From Terriglobia bacterium (GTDB lineage Bacteria > Acidobacteriota > Terriglobia > Acidiferrales > UBA7541): DNA of 64,000 nucleotides. Below the pieces are notes generated by a model that was given only the letters and a program-made list of their open reading frames with translations, was not told the DNA's origin and did no database searches. The stretch lies in the NCBI GenBank assembly GCA_963757625.1, contig CAVWSJ010000002.1, positions 4,954-68,953 on the forward strand, in the 5' to 3' direction. Shown piece after piece: positions 17,431 through 26,522 of the stretch. The translations under genes were made by a program, and so were the position numbers. Numbering within the stretch: the first letter of the stretch is position 1; every line of letters begins with the position of its first letter.

Positions 17431-17930
17431 TGATGCTTCTTTATCTTGTCCGTCACGGTATCGCGATGGACCGCGAGGATCCCAACTGTCCGCCCGACAC
17501 GGAGCGCCCGCTGACGCCGCGAGGAATGAAGCGGACGCATGCCGCCGCGCTCGGTTTGCTTGCGATGAAGGTAAAGCCTGATGCCGTGCTGACTAGTCCG
17601 TGGCTGCGGGCCGTGCAAACCGCGGAAATCTTCTGCGAAGTGATCGGCTTCCCTTCCCGAAAAATCATCCACTCGGATGCGCTCAAGGGAACGAGCACTC
17701 CCGCCGAGTTGCTTCGCGATCTGTCGAAGCTGAAGGCCAAGGAAGTGATCTGCTTCGGCCACGAACCGCACCTGCACCTGGTCATCTGGCAGATTCTGCA
17801 TACCAGCGTCCAGATCACGGAGCTGAAAAAAGCAGGCGTTGCCTGCCTGGACCTGGAGCGGATTTCGCCGCCGCAGGGCCAATTGCTGGCCCTTTATCCC
17901 CCCAGCACGCTTCGCCTTCTCGGCAAATAG
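17430..17930 (+). CDS. sixA: Phosphohistidine phosphatase SixA
   Basis: LYLVRHGIA (RHG motif), RPLTPRGMKRT, FGHEPHL. The ATG overlaps the ppx TAA by 1 nt. Confidence 0.75.
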   Translation: MMLLYLVRHGIAMDREDPNCPPDTERPLTPRGMKRTHAAALGLLAMKVKPDAVLTSPWLRAVQTAEIFCEVIGFPSRKIIHSDALKGTSTPAELLRDLSKLKAKEVICFGHEPHLHLVIWQILHTSVQITELKKAGVACLDLERISPPQGQLLALYPPSTLRLLGK

Positions 17931-18103
17931 TCTGGGATTTAGGCCGATTCAACGTTTCCGGACCGGGGCTCCGCGCGGATTCTCCTTCACTTTCCGATGA
18001 TCGGACTCATCACATTTTTGAGGTTTGGAGGAGGCGGCGGGTCCTGTAAAATTCCATCGCACCAGACCCATGAGATTACAACCCCACCTCCGGAGACTCG
18101 ACC

Positions 18104-19606
18104 TTGGAGCACGCAAGCCGCTATTCGTTGTCAGCGATAGGAAAACGTCTGAACCGCGCACGGCCCCTCTTGGTTGGTGCAGCAGCGGTCTGCCTGCTTG
18201 TTTCGGTCGCCTTATACAACGGTTATCCGACCGTTTTCTCGGATACTGGCGGCTATCTTTTGACCGGGACAACTTTTGTTGCATTCCCGCCGTTCCGCGC
18301 CCCTGGCTACAGCGTATTCACCAGGCTCGCTAGTCTCGAAACCAGCGCCTGGTTCATCATTCTGGCGCAGGCGCTCACTGTCGTCTATGTGCTGCAGGAA
18401 ACCTGCAATTACTTGATTGAGGGTGACGCAAAGATCCGCGATCTTTGCCTGCTTGCCGGCGTTTCAATCCTCGCGGCCTTTACCAGCCTCCCGTGGCTGG
18501 TTTCGCTGCTCATGCCTGACGTTTTCGCGGGAGTGATATTTCTGTCGGCATTTTTGCTGGTGTTCAACGATGATCTGCTCCGCACCCGGCGAATCGCGCT
18601 CGCTGCAATTTTATGGATCTCGGTTAGCTCTCACATGTCATTTCTGCCGATCGCGGGGCTATTTATTCCCGTCCTTCTCGCCATGAAATTTGCAGCGCGC
18701 CGGACGCAACCCGCGCCATCGGCGAAGTCGATCCTGGGCTGGGTGCTCGTCCCGGTCATCGCTTCCGGAATTTTCACCGCCACGTTGAATCGCGAGATGG
18801 GCCTCGGATTCACGGTTTCACCGTCGCGAAATGATTTCATGCTGGCAAATCTGTTTGGTGACAGCCTGGCGGCCGACTACTTGAAGCAGGATTGTCCGAA
18901 GGATCGTCTTGTTTCGTGCCGCGATCTTTCCAGGCTTCCGCAGTCGGCGGAGGAATTCTTGTTTCGGCATCCGTTGTATATCGAACTCCGGAAGCACCCC
19001 GCGGAGATAGACAAAATTGTGCGCGGGACACTCTCCGCCTACCCGCAGCAGTTTCTGGAGAGCAGCGCCAGGCAGACGTTCTTTCAGATAGCTTCCCTGC
19101 GGACGGCGGACGAAATACGCTCCTACGGCGCCAAAGACTGGAATAATCACGCGCTGCAAAGCGTCTTCCCCGGCGAAATTCAGGACTTCCGGAAGGGCAG
19201 GCAATTTCGCGACCGCTTGCTTCCTCTGGCCGACGCCGCATCGAAAGTGGACACCGGGGCATTCTGGCTCAGCGCCGCAGCCTGCCTGCTGCTCGCCGGG
19301 ATCAGCGGGTTCAGTCGCATAAACATGCTCTTCTATTCGTCGATTCTATTCCTCGCGATCAATGCGGCAATTTGCGCCACGTTCGCCGGAGTATTTGACC
19401 GTTACCAGAGCCGTGTGGCATGGATCATGCCCTTCTGCCTCACCGCCTATGTTTTGTGCTGGGTCAGAGAGTGGAAACGCAGCGGCGTCCGCGACAGCTC
19501 CACCACCGCCGATTACGAATTCGAACCCTCGCTGCCCGCCGACTTGGGAACTTATGCAGGACCCGGCCAGGTTTCATTCACGAGCGAGGTTCAAGAAGAA
19601 TCCTGA
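18104..19606 (+). CDS. Polytopic membrane protein, possibly a GT-C-type glycosyltransferase
   Basis: Many predicted TM segments, an early DTGGY loop motif and a large soluble loop. TTG start with GGAG 8 nt upstream. The function is a guess. Confidence 0.4.
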   Translation: MEHASRYSLSAIGKRLNRARPLLVGAAAVCLLVSVALYNGYPTVFSDTGGYLLTGTTFVAFPPFRAPGYSVFTRLASLETSAWFIILAQALTVVYVLQETCNYLIEGDAKIRDLCLLAGVSILAAFTSLPWLVSLLMPDVFAGVIFLSAFLLVFNDDLLRTRRIALAAILWISVSSHMSFLPIAGLFIPVLLAMKFAARRTQPAPSAKSILGWVLVPVIASGIFTATLNREMGLGFTVSPSRNDFMLANLFGDSLAADYLKQDCPKDRLVSCRDLSRLPQSAEEFLFRHPLYIELRKHPAEIDKIVRGTLSAYPQQFLESSARQTFFQIASLRTADEIRSYGAKDWNNHALQSVFPGEIQDFRKGRQFRDRLLPLADAASKVDTGAFWLSAAACLLLAGISGFSRINMLFYSSILFLAINAAICATFAGVFDRYQSRVAWIMPFCLTAYVLCWVREWKRSGVRDSSTTADYEFEPSLPADLGTYAGPGQVSFTSEVQEES

Positions 19607-19907
19607 GTTCGGCCACGAAGCGATCGAGTTCCGAGAGGCGCTCGGGAGTCGCTTCCATTCGCTGCTTCTTCCATACAAACCACGATTGGCCCTTGTCCTT
19701 AACGCGTACGGTCAGGTTCCCGTCGAGCAACATGCAAGGCTCGCCGAACAATCGGAATCCGCCCGCTGAAACGGGATCGAGAAGGGCCGCGCAGTCTCCC
19801 TTTCGGATGCCGACCGTGTTTGCATACAGAGGAAACGCGACCGGAACGTATCCCTCCGATATGAGGCGCTCCAGAATCGCCATCTGTTGCGAGGTAAGTT
19901 CATTCAT
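19578..19907 (-). CDS. Hypothetical protein (109 aa)
   Basis: Clean ORF convergent with the membrane-protein gene. No recognisable motif. Confidence 0.4.
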   Translation of the reverse strand: MNELTSQQMAILERLISEGYVPVAFPLYANTVGIRKGDCAALLDPVSAGGFRLFGEPCMLLDGNLTVRVKDKGQSWFVWKKQRMEATPERLSELDRFVAELRILLEPRS

Positions 19908-20065
19908 GAGGGTACGATCTTAGATGGTCGCGGTCCATGGCGGGAAGAAAAAGATTCAGCGGAAAGAACACAAAGGGCCGCGCGGAATACGATTCCGGGA
20001 CACGCATTTCTCAGCCCTCGCGGGGTCCTCTGTGTTGAAAGTCTTTGTATTGCGTCTTGAATCGC

Positions 20066-20941
20066 TTACGCCACGGCGGGCTTGGCAGTGCCGCCTTCAT
20101 CGGGCGAGTGCTCATTCTGCTCGAGCAATTCGATCAGGTTATGGAGAGTCTCGATCAGTTCGGCGCGTGAGACGTTGCTCTTCCGGAACTGGATTCGCAG
20201 CTTGAACGCCTCGTTCTCCGGATGGAAATTGAAGATGAAGGGCTGCGGCCGCGGGCCGGCGTTCTTCTCTTCCTGGCGTTCGCGGCGGGCCTCGTCGCGG
20301 GTCAGACCGGCCTGAGCGATGCGCTGGATGGCTTCGACCATTTTCTTTTCGCTGGGCTGCCGCGCGATTTGCAGCAGCAGCGATTTGGAGACGATGCCGT
20401 TGTCAATGCAAAGCTTGCGCAGCGCTTCCGGGATCACGCGCAGGGACATTGTTTCGGTAACCGAGGAGCGCGCCTTGGCGATCTTGCGGGCGATGTCGTC
20501 GTGGGTATAGTCAAAATGCTCGGCGAGGCGCTGAAGGCCGTCGGCTTCTTCAAATGGCGTCAGGTCCTTGCGCTGCAGGTTTTCGATCAGAGCGAGTTCC
20601 AGGGTTTCGGCGTCGTCGGCAATTTTCTCGATGCAGGGGACTTCGCGCAGGCCCGCGGCGCGCGAAGCGTGGTAACGGCGTTCGCCGGAAATGATGTGGT
20701 AGCAATCGTCGCGCGGGATGAATCGCACCAGCAGCGGCTCCAGCACGCCCTTTTCCTTGATGGAGTCCGTGAGTTCGCGCAGATCGCCCAGCATTTTCCG
20801 GGGCTGATCGGGGTTGGGCCGGATTTTATCGACCGGGACCATGCGGCCGACGGCCGCGCCGCTGAAACTTGCGAGTTGTTCTACGTAGTGCGCGTCATGC
20901 CGCATCTTCAGCGTGACGGGCAATCCGATCCTCTTCGACAC
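20066..20941 (-). CDS. parB: ParB/Spo0J partition protein
   Basis: VPVDKIRPNPDQPRK, GVLEPLLVR, IISGERRYHASRAAGL and an HTH region. I chose the GTG start at 20941 (VSKRIGLP...); ATG 20905 is an alternative. Confidence 0.85.
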   Translation of the reverse strand: MSKRIGLPVTLKMRHDAHYVEQLASFSGAAVGRMVPVDKIRPNPDQPRKMLGDLRELTDSIKEKGVLEPLLVRFIPRDDCYHIISGERRYHASRAAGLREVPCIEKIADDAETLELALIENLQRKDLTPFEEADGLQRLAEHFDYTHDDIARKIAKARSSVTETMSLRVIPEALRKLCIDNGIVSKSLLLQIARQPSEKKMVEAIQRIAQAGLTRDEARRERQEEKNAGPRPQPFIFNFHPENEAFKLRIQFRKSNVSRAELIETLHNLIELLEQNEHSPDEGGTAKPAVA

Positions 20942-21695
20942 GTTGGATAACCTCCAGGGCCAGCTTCCCGTACTCCTTCGCGCCGGGTGATTTGGGCGCA
21001 AAGGTCATGATCGTTTCTTTGTAGGCTGGGCTCTCCTCCAGTCGCACATTCTTGCCGATCCGCGTCTTGAACAGCACCGAGCCGAACACAGAGCGTATTT
21101 GCTCATGCGTATCGCGGGAGATGTTGGTTCGCTTGTCGAACAGCGTGATGAGCACGCCGAGAACTTTCAGCCCAGGATTAGGGCGCGCGCGAATTCTCTC
21201 GTAGGTTTCCAGCAAATCGTCGGTGCCCTCGATCGCAAAATAGGCGGCCTGAATAGGGACCAGCAGGTGCGTCGACGCCACCATGGCATTCACGGTGATG
21301 ATGCCCAGCGCCGGGGGCGTGTCGATGACAATATAGTCGTAATCCTTCGCGATGGGCGCGAGCGCGTCTTTCAACTTGAAAGGCGCGTCAAACTGCCCGG
21401 CCAGCTGCTGCTCGAGCTTCGCCAGCGCCAGCCGCGCCGGAGCCACCGAAAGCATCGGGTCTTTCGTCACCTTGATGACGCCCGCGAGTTCGGCGCGATG
21501 GTCGCCCAGCACGTCAAACATGGAACCCTGAATGTCGGCGGTCTCAAAAAAAGAAATGCTGGCGTTGGCTTGCGGGTCGAGGTCGATCAGGAGAGTTTTC
21601 TTTTTGCGTTGAGCGATGGCGGCAGCGAGGTTGATGGCAGTGGTGGTCTTCCCCACGCCGCCTTTCTGATTGGCAATGGTCAGGATGGCGGTCAT
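20895..21695 (-). CDS. parA: ParA/Soj partition ATPase
   Basis: ILTIANQKGGVGKTTTAINLAAA is the deviant Walker A; also LLIDLDPQANAS and IVIDTPP. An alternative start is ATG 21710. Confidence 0.9.
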   Translation of the reverse strand: MTAILTIANQKGGVGKTTTAINLAAAIAQRKKKTLLIDLDPQANASISFFETADIQGSMFDVLGDHRAELAGVIKVTKDPMLSVAPARLALAKLEQQLAGQFDAPFKLKDALAPIAKDYDYIVIDTPPALGIITVNAMVASTHLLVPIQAAYFAIEGTDDLLETYERIRARPNPGLKVLGVLITLFDKRTNISRDTHEQIRSVFGSVLFKTRIGKNVRLEESPAYKETIMTFAPKSPGAKEYGKLALEVIQRVEEDRIARHAEDAA

Positions 21696-22062
21696 AAACG
21701 GCCCGGGCATTTCAGCACGGGCTAAAAGCCTCCTAGAGCGGGAACATGTTCGCCGAAGCCACTCTTGGATGCAGCACCATCTCGTCGGCCAAGACCAATG
21801 TTCGGGACGATGCCGACGTCAACACCAAGAAAAGTGAAGGCGAAGGCGAATCCGCTCAACCCCCAGCGTAAGACAATCTACTCGTCCGGTTGCTTGAGTG
21901 CAAGCAAAAAAGCAGTTGCTGAATTTCCAGGACGACAAAGCGATTCCTAGAAGCGGGCAAAACGAGACTCTCGTTCACAGTCAGTCTTCCCAGGGACCTT
22001 ACCCACTTGCCGAAATTGATCCATTCAGTAATGATACCTCTTTCCGTAAGGACAAACTACCG

Positions 22063-23448
22063 ATGCTAACAGGGTTGAGCCTAGCGAATTTCAAGGCCTG
22101 GAGGGATACGGGACCGGTGCGCCTCGCACCGATAACCGTATTCTTCGGTAACAACAGTTCAGGTAAGAGCAGCCTGCTTCAATATCTTCTCATGCTGAAG
22201 CAAACTGCAGAATCGCCCGACCGCCACCGTGCACTTCACCCAGGGGATCGGAACACGCCGGTTGAACTTGGAACTTATCGTGACCTAGTATTCAATCACG
22301 ACATATCTCAGGAAATTCGATTTAGCCTCGAATGGCTGTTGCCGGACTCTCTGTTTGTCTGGGATCCCCTTAGTCGAGAGAGTTTCACAGGAAGGTCAGT
22401 TAGTTTTTCTGCGACTATAGCTGCGGACGCGAAAGGCGCACGACAATGGGTCCGAGAGTTTCAATATACTCTTAGGGACGCGGGCAAGCCGCCAATCGGT
22501 GTGAAGTTTGGTGTGGCGGACGACAAGAGCAGCACTAAATATGAGCTTTCCGCCACGAACTACAAACTGGTTCGAAATCAGGGTCGGGTTTGGAAGCTCC
22601 CTGGCCCAATTCGTTACTACGGCTTTCCCGACGAAGTCGGTGCTCACTTCCAAAACGCTGGCTTTACGAGCGATCTCGCATTGGCGCTTGAGCAGCAGCT
22701 TAAGCGACTACAATATCTCGGTCCACTTCGAGAGTATCCCGAGCGTTCCTACGTCTGGTCGGGAGAAGTACCGGAGCACGTCGGCTGGCGCGGCGAAAGA
22801 GCTGTAGAAGCGATGCTAGCTGCGGCGTCACGGCATATCAGCCCAGGCTATCACCGTCAAGCGCGCCCGTTTCAGGCAGTGATTGCTCGTTGGCTGCAAC
22901 AGCTGGGGTTGCTGGACTCCTTCGAAGTACGCCCCATTGCGGAACACCGAAAAGAATACGAGGTGGGAGTGCGAACACATGGAGCCGAGCACACAGTCCC
23001 CCTACCCGACGTCGGGTTCGGGGTCTCCCAGGTCTTGCCTGTTATCGTAGAGTGTTTTTATGCGGAGCCGAACACCACTATTATTCTCGAACAGCCCGAG
23101 ATCCACCTGCACCCGAGCGTGCAAACAGCCCTTGCGGACCTATTCATTGAAACAATGCAGTCGCGAGAAGGCGGAGCAGACCGCCGGATTCAACTTATCG
23201 TTGAAAGCCACTCGGAGCACTTCCTCAGAAGGCTTCAGCGGCGGCTTGCCGAAAAAGTTGTTAAACCCGAGGACGTGGCCCTTTATTTCTGTGAGGTAGG
23301 TGATCAAGGCGCATCATTACGCCCACTCGAAGTCGATCTCTATGGTGAAGTCAAGAATTGGCCAGAAAATTTCTTTGGCGACGAGATGGGTGAACTCGCT
23401 GCTCGCATGGAAGCTGCGGCCCGAAGTGAGGAAGCGAATAAACAGTGA
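22063..23448 (+). CDS. ABC-type (AAA_15/21-like) ATPase with DUF3696-like C-terminus
   Basis: LANFKAW...ITVFFGNNSSGKSSLLQ (Walker A), YLGPLREYPERSY, DVGFGVSQVLPVIV, IILEQPEIHLHP (Walker B-like), LIVESHSEHFLRRLQ (H-loop), and C-terminal NWPENFFGDE. The ATG at 22063 is preferred over the GTG at 21898. The frame is intact. Confidence 0.75.
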   Translation: MLTGLSLANFKAWRDTGPVRLAPITVFFGNNSSGKSSLLQYLLMLKQTAESPDRHRALHPGDRNTPVELGTYRDLVFNHDISQEIRFSLEWLLPDSLFVWDPLSRESFTGRSVSFSATIAADAKGARQWVREFQYTLRDAGKPPIGVKFGVADDKSSTKYELSATNYKLVRNQGRVWKLPGPIRYYGFPDEVGAHFQNAGFTSDLALALEQQLKRLQYLGPLREYPERSYVWSGEVPEHVGWRGERAVEAMLAAASRHISPGYHRQARPFQAVIARWLQQLGLLDSFEVRPIAEHRKEYEVGVRTHGAEHTVPLPDVGFGVSQVLPVIVECFYAEPNTTIILEQPEIHLHPSVQTALADLFIETMQSREGGADRRIQLIVESHSEHFLRRLQRRLAEKVVKPEDVALYFCEVGDQGASLRPLEVDLYGEVKNWPENFFGDEMGELAARMEAAARSEEANKQ

Positions 23449-23981
23449 CGATACCCCGGGGCCGAACTCCGTACGTCGTTGACACTAATGTGGCCGTAGT
23501 CGCCAACAGAACCGGAGGTGAATCCTACGGCTGCGCCAGCGCGTGCAGTCAGGCATTGCTTAAGATCCGCAGTTCCGGGGTCTTAGTATTGGACGAAGGA
23601 CGTAGGATTCTTAGCGAATATTTCCGGATTTGCGCACCCTTTGCAAAACCCGGAATGGGAAACGCCTTTGTCAAATGGGCTCATGACAACCAGGGCAAAT
23701 ATGATCTGGTTCAAACCGTTGCGATCACCCCCCTAGCGGACGATCCAACCAATTTCGCCGAATTCCCAACGCACGATGACTTAGCTGAATTTGACCCTTC
23801 CGACCGAAAGTTTGTCGCGGTGGCTACCGCGCACCCGGAAAACCCGTCCATATTGCAGGCGACCGATTCGAAATGGTGGGGATGCAGGACCGCCCTGTTC
23901 GAATGCGGGATCGTAGTTAAGTTCCTTTGTCCTGCCGAAATCAAAAAGGTTTACGAGCGTAAGTTTGGCGAGCTTACCTGA
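23445..23981 (+). CDS. PIN-like domain protein (predicted nuclease), translationally coupled to the ATPase
   Basis: The GTG overlaps the ATPase stop as GTGA (23445-23448). Acidic positions are spaced as in PIN domains: YVVDTNVAVVAN, VLVLDEGRRIL, FDPSDRKFVAVA, QATDSKWW. The fold assignment is unverified. Confidence 0.55.
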   Translation: MTIPRGRTPYVVDTNVAVVANRTGGESYGCASACSQALLKIRSSGVLVLDEGRRILSEYFRICAPFAKPGMGNAFVKWAHDNQGKYDLVQTVAITPLADDPTNFAEFPTHDDLAEFDPSDRKFVAVATAHPENPSILQATDSKWWGCRTALFECGIVVKFLCPAEIKKVYERKFGELT

Positions 23982-24141
23982 AGGCAAGAATTCGACTTCC
24001 TCCTTCGGACACGGCTGAGCATCCGGCCCACTTCCCTCCGGGAAAAGGACAAACGCCTTTGCGTTGAAGCCAAAGTGTCAGGCTGGATTGTATTCAGGCA
24101 ACCTTCCTTTGACTTATGCACCCAAACGAAAACTCAAGACT

Positions 24142-24162
24142 AGACACACTTAAGACTGTATT
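24142..24162. terminator. AT-rich hairpin between convergent genes (weak terminator candidate)
   Basis: aagactg-tattaat-cagtctt, a 7-bp stem with a 7-nt loop. There is no clear U-tract on either strand. Confidence 0.25.
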
Positions 24163-24170
24163 AATCAGTC

Positions 24171-24656
24171 TTACATCTTATATCGCCCGAGGTCCTCGTC
24201 GGAGAGGCCTTCGAGCCATTTGCGGAGTTCTTCGCTGGTGGATTTTTCGGAGATGGCGCTGGAAATTTTGGAGCTTTTCAGAACTTCGTCCTCGACGAAA
24301 ATGGGGCAATCGACGCGCAGGGCCAGCGCCAGGGCGTCGCTGGGGCGCGAATCGATGGACATGATCTCGCCGTTGCGCTCCACCCAGATCAGCGCGTAGA
24401 ACGTGTCGTCCTTCAAATCGTTGACGACCACTTTCTGCACGCGCACATCGAGACCCAGGAAAACGTTGCGCAGCAGATCGTGCGTCATCGGGCGCGGCGT
24501 CTGCACTTTTTCAATTTCGAGCGCGATGGCATTGGCTTCATAGATGCCCACCCAGATCGGAAGCACCGCGGTGCCCTGCGCATCCTTGAGCACAACGATG
24601 GGCATGTTGGTGACCGGGTCCATCATGAGTCCGCGGATTTTCATTTCCACTTCCAT
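24171..24656 (-). CDS. Bifunctional nuclease (BFN, DUF151) family protein
   Basis: MPIVVLKD....VLPIWVGIYEANAI, RPMTHDLL, YALIWVERNGEIMSIDSRPSDALALALRVDCPIFV. ATG 24656 follows GGGAGG. The ORF extends up to 24683. Confidence 0.8.
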   Translation of the reverse strand: MEVEMKIRGLMMDPVTNMPIVVLKDAQGTAVLPIWVGIYEANAIALEIEKVQTPRPMTHDLLRNVFLGLDVRVQKVVVNDLKDDTFYALIWVERNGEIMSIDSRPSDALALALRVDCPIFVEDEVLKSSKISSAISEKSTSEELRKWLEGLSDEDLGRYKM

Positions 24657-24679
24657 GGATGCCTCCCGGACTTTCTCTT

Positions 24680-26101
24680 TCATACTACTTGCTCACCGAC
24701 CAGGCTGTTGGGAGCTGCGCCGGTCACGCGCACATGAACATATTGTCCCAAAAGGTCCGAGCGCGGCGAAGTGAAATTTAGGATGCGGTTGCTGGAACTG
24801 CGACCTGACCATTGGCCGGGCGCCTGCCGGCGAGGCAGGGCGCCGGGATGCCCCATCCACCAGCACTTCAAACGTTTCGCCGACCAGCGCCTCATTGCGC
24901 GCGATCTGAATTTCGCGCTGGCGATCTTGCAGCACGGCCAGCCTGCGCCCCTTCTCTTCTTCGGGAATCGCATCGGGCATGTGCAGCGCGGTCGTATTCG
25001 GCCGCGGCGAATACTGGAATGCAAACACGCCGTCGTACTGCGCGGCATCGAGCAGGCTGAGAGTCTCCTCAACATCCTGCTCGGTCTCTCCGGGAAACCC
25101 ACGATGATGTCGGAGGTCACGCTGATGGGACGCCGGGCCGCGCGGATCATGGCAATCTTTTCGAGATATTCCTCGCGCGTGTACGTGCGTTGCATCGCGC
25201 GCAGAATGCGCGTCGATCCGGATTGCACCGGCAGGTGGATGTGATCGCACAGCTCCGGCACGGAATCGATCGCCTCGACAATGTCCTGCCCGAAGTCTCG
25301 CGGGTGCGACGTCGTGAAGCGCACGCGCCGAATTCCGGGCACCGCCGCCACGGCGACGAGAAGTTCCGCGAAACTCATTCGCTTTGGCGACGGGTCCCGG
25401 TAGGAATTGACGGTCTGCCCGAGGAGCTGAATTTCCGAGTATCCCGCGTCCGCCAGTTTGCGCACTTCTTCCAGAATCAGACGCGCTCGAACGGCTGCGC
25501 TCCGGCCCTCGCGTGTACGGCACGACGCAGTAGGAGCAGGATTTGTCGCAGCCTTCGATGATGGTCAGATAGGCGCGGAACGGATTGTCGCGCCGCGTCA
25601 TTTCCGTCTCAAAGGTTTCGTCGGTATCGTTGTCGAGGCCCATCACGCGGCGATTCCCCGATTCGAGTTCGGCGATAAGTTCCGGCAGTTTGCTGTAGCT
25701 GGCCGAGCCGCAGACCAGGCTCACCCAGGGCGCGCGCTCGAAGATTTCTTCGCCTTCCTGCTGCGCGACGCAACCCAGGACGCCGATGATTTTTCCGATG
25801 GTCCGGATGTTTCCGATACGTCCCCAGCCGCGAGAAAACCTTTTGCGCGGCCTTTTCCCGGATGCTGCACGTGTTGTAGAGCACCAGCTTTGCCGCGTCG
25901 ACGCTGTCCATTTGCCGGTACCCGCGCCCGAGCAGGACTCCGGCGACTTTCTCGGAGTCGTGATCGTTCATCTGGCAGCCGAATGTCTCGATGTAGAACG
26001 TGCGATCTTCCGCCGGGGGCGCGGCTGCACTCGCGCCATTCTGCGGATCGCAAGTCCGGACCGGTCAAATCGTCGACGCGGAAATCGAATGGTTGCGGCA
26101 T
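24680..26101 (-). CDS. miaB: tRNA-i6A37 methylthiotransferase MiaB, frame broken at least 5 times
   Basis: FYIETFGCQMNDHDSEKVAG, LYNTCSIREKA, IIEGCDKSCSYCVVPYTRGPERS (radical-SAM CxxxCxxC), FTTSHPRDF, HLPVQSGS, IVGFPGETEQD and a TRAM-like end. The pieces are distributed over all three minus frames (ORFs 25721..26239, 25609..25971, 24693..25724, 24680..25465). Confidence 0.85.
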
Positions 26102-26355
26102 GATCTCTGCTCCAAATAGTATCACAGTCGATGGAGGTCGATTCGCGGGCGTCGCCGTCGCTTGTACAATTATTCCCCGAGGAATCGGGGTTCTCCACGA
26201 AGTACAATCTCCTCGCGGCTGCGATTCCAGTTTCATCAAACTTAGTCGCTGAGCAAACCCTCGTACCGGCGCCGATCATCTAAGACAATAGAATATGAAA
26301 ATAAGGTACACATAAGGAGCCCATCGAGGCGGGCGCGCCGCAGCCAACGCTCGCC

Positions 26356-26385
26356 TTGACAATACATCGTAATACGATGTATCAT
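26356..26385 (+). promoter_or_regulatory. Candidate sigma-70-type promoter with an embedded palindrome, upstream of tolQ
   Basis: TTGACA (26356-26361), an 18-nt spacer, then TATCAT (26380-26385). The spacer holds the palindrome tacatcg-taata-cgatgta. Confidence 0.35.
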
Positions 26386-26522
26386 TCAGTTGAGACACAA
26401 TCGAGCACTTTCGTGCCTGTAATTGTTTGACCCCATTTTGAGCGTGTGCTAGGTTGCCCGTTGGGGCTATCGATCGGCTTTCTGAGGGGGAGACAATTCC
26501 ACTACCTGGGTTTTTGCTGTTC

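Noticed and set aside
19517-19528. GAATTCGAACCC, which resembles the complement of a tRNA T-arm (GGGTTCGAATTC).
   Set aside because: It lies inside the intact 500-aa membrane-protein ORF, and I could not build acceptor or anticodon stems around it. I found no tRNA or rRNA gene anywhere in the window.
20066-21710. parA-parB as evidence that the window is a plasmid or spans the chromosomal origin.
   Set aside because: The surrounding genes are ordinary chromosomal housekeeping genes. No dnaA, gidA/gidB, rep gene or DnaA-box cluster was seen, so neither conclusion is supported.
21891-21908. Hairpin ttgcttg-agtg-caagcaa upstream of the ATPase gene, considered as a terminator or a retron-like ncRNA feature.
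   Set aside because: No U-tract follows it on either strand, and there is no reverse transcriptase or longer inverted repeats nearby. A single 7-bp stem is not informative.
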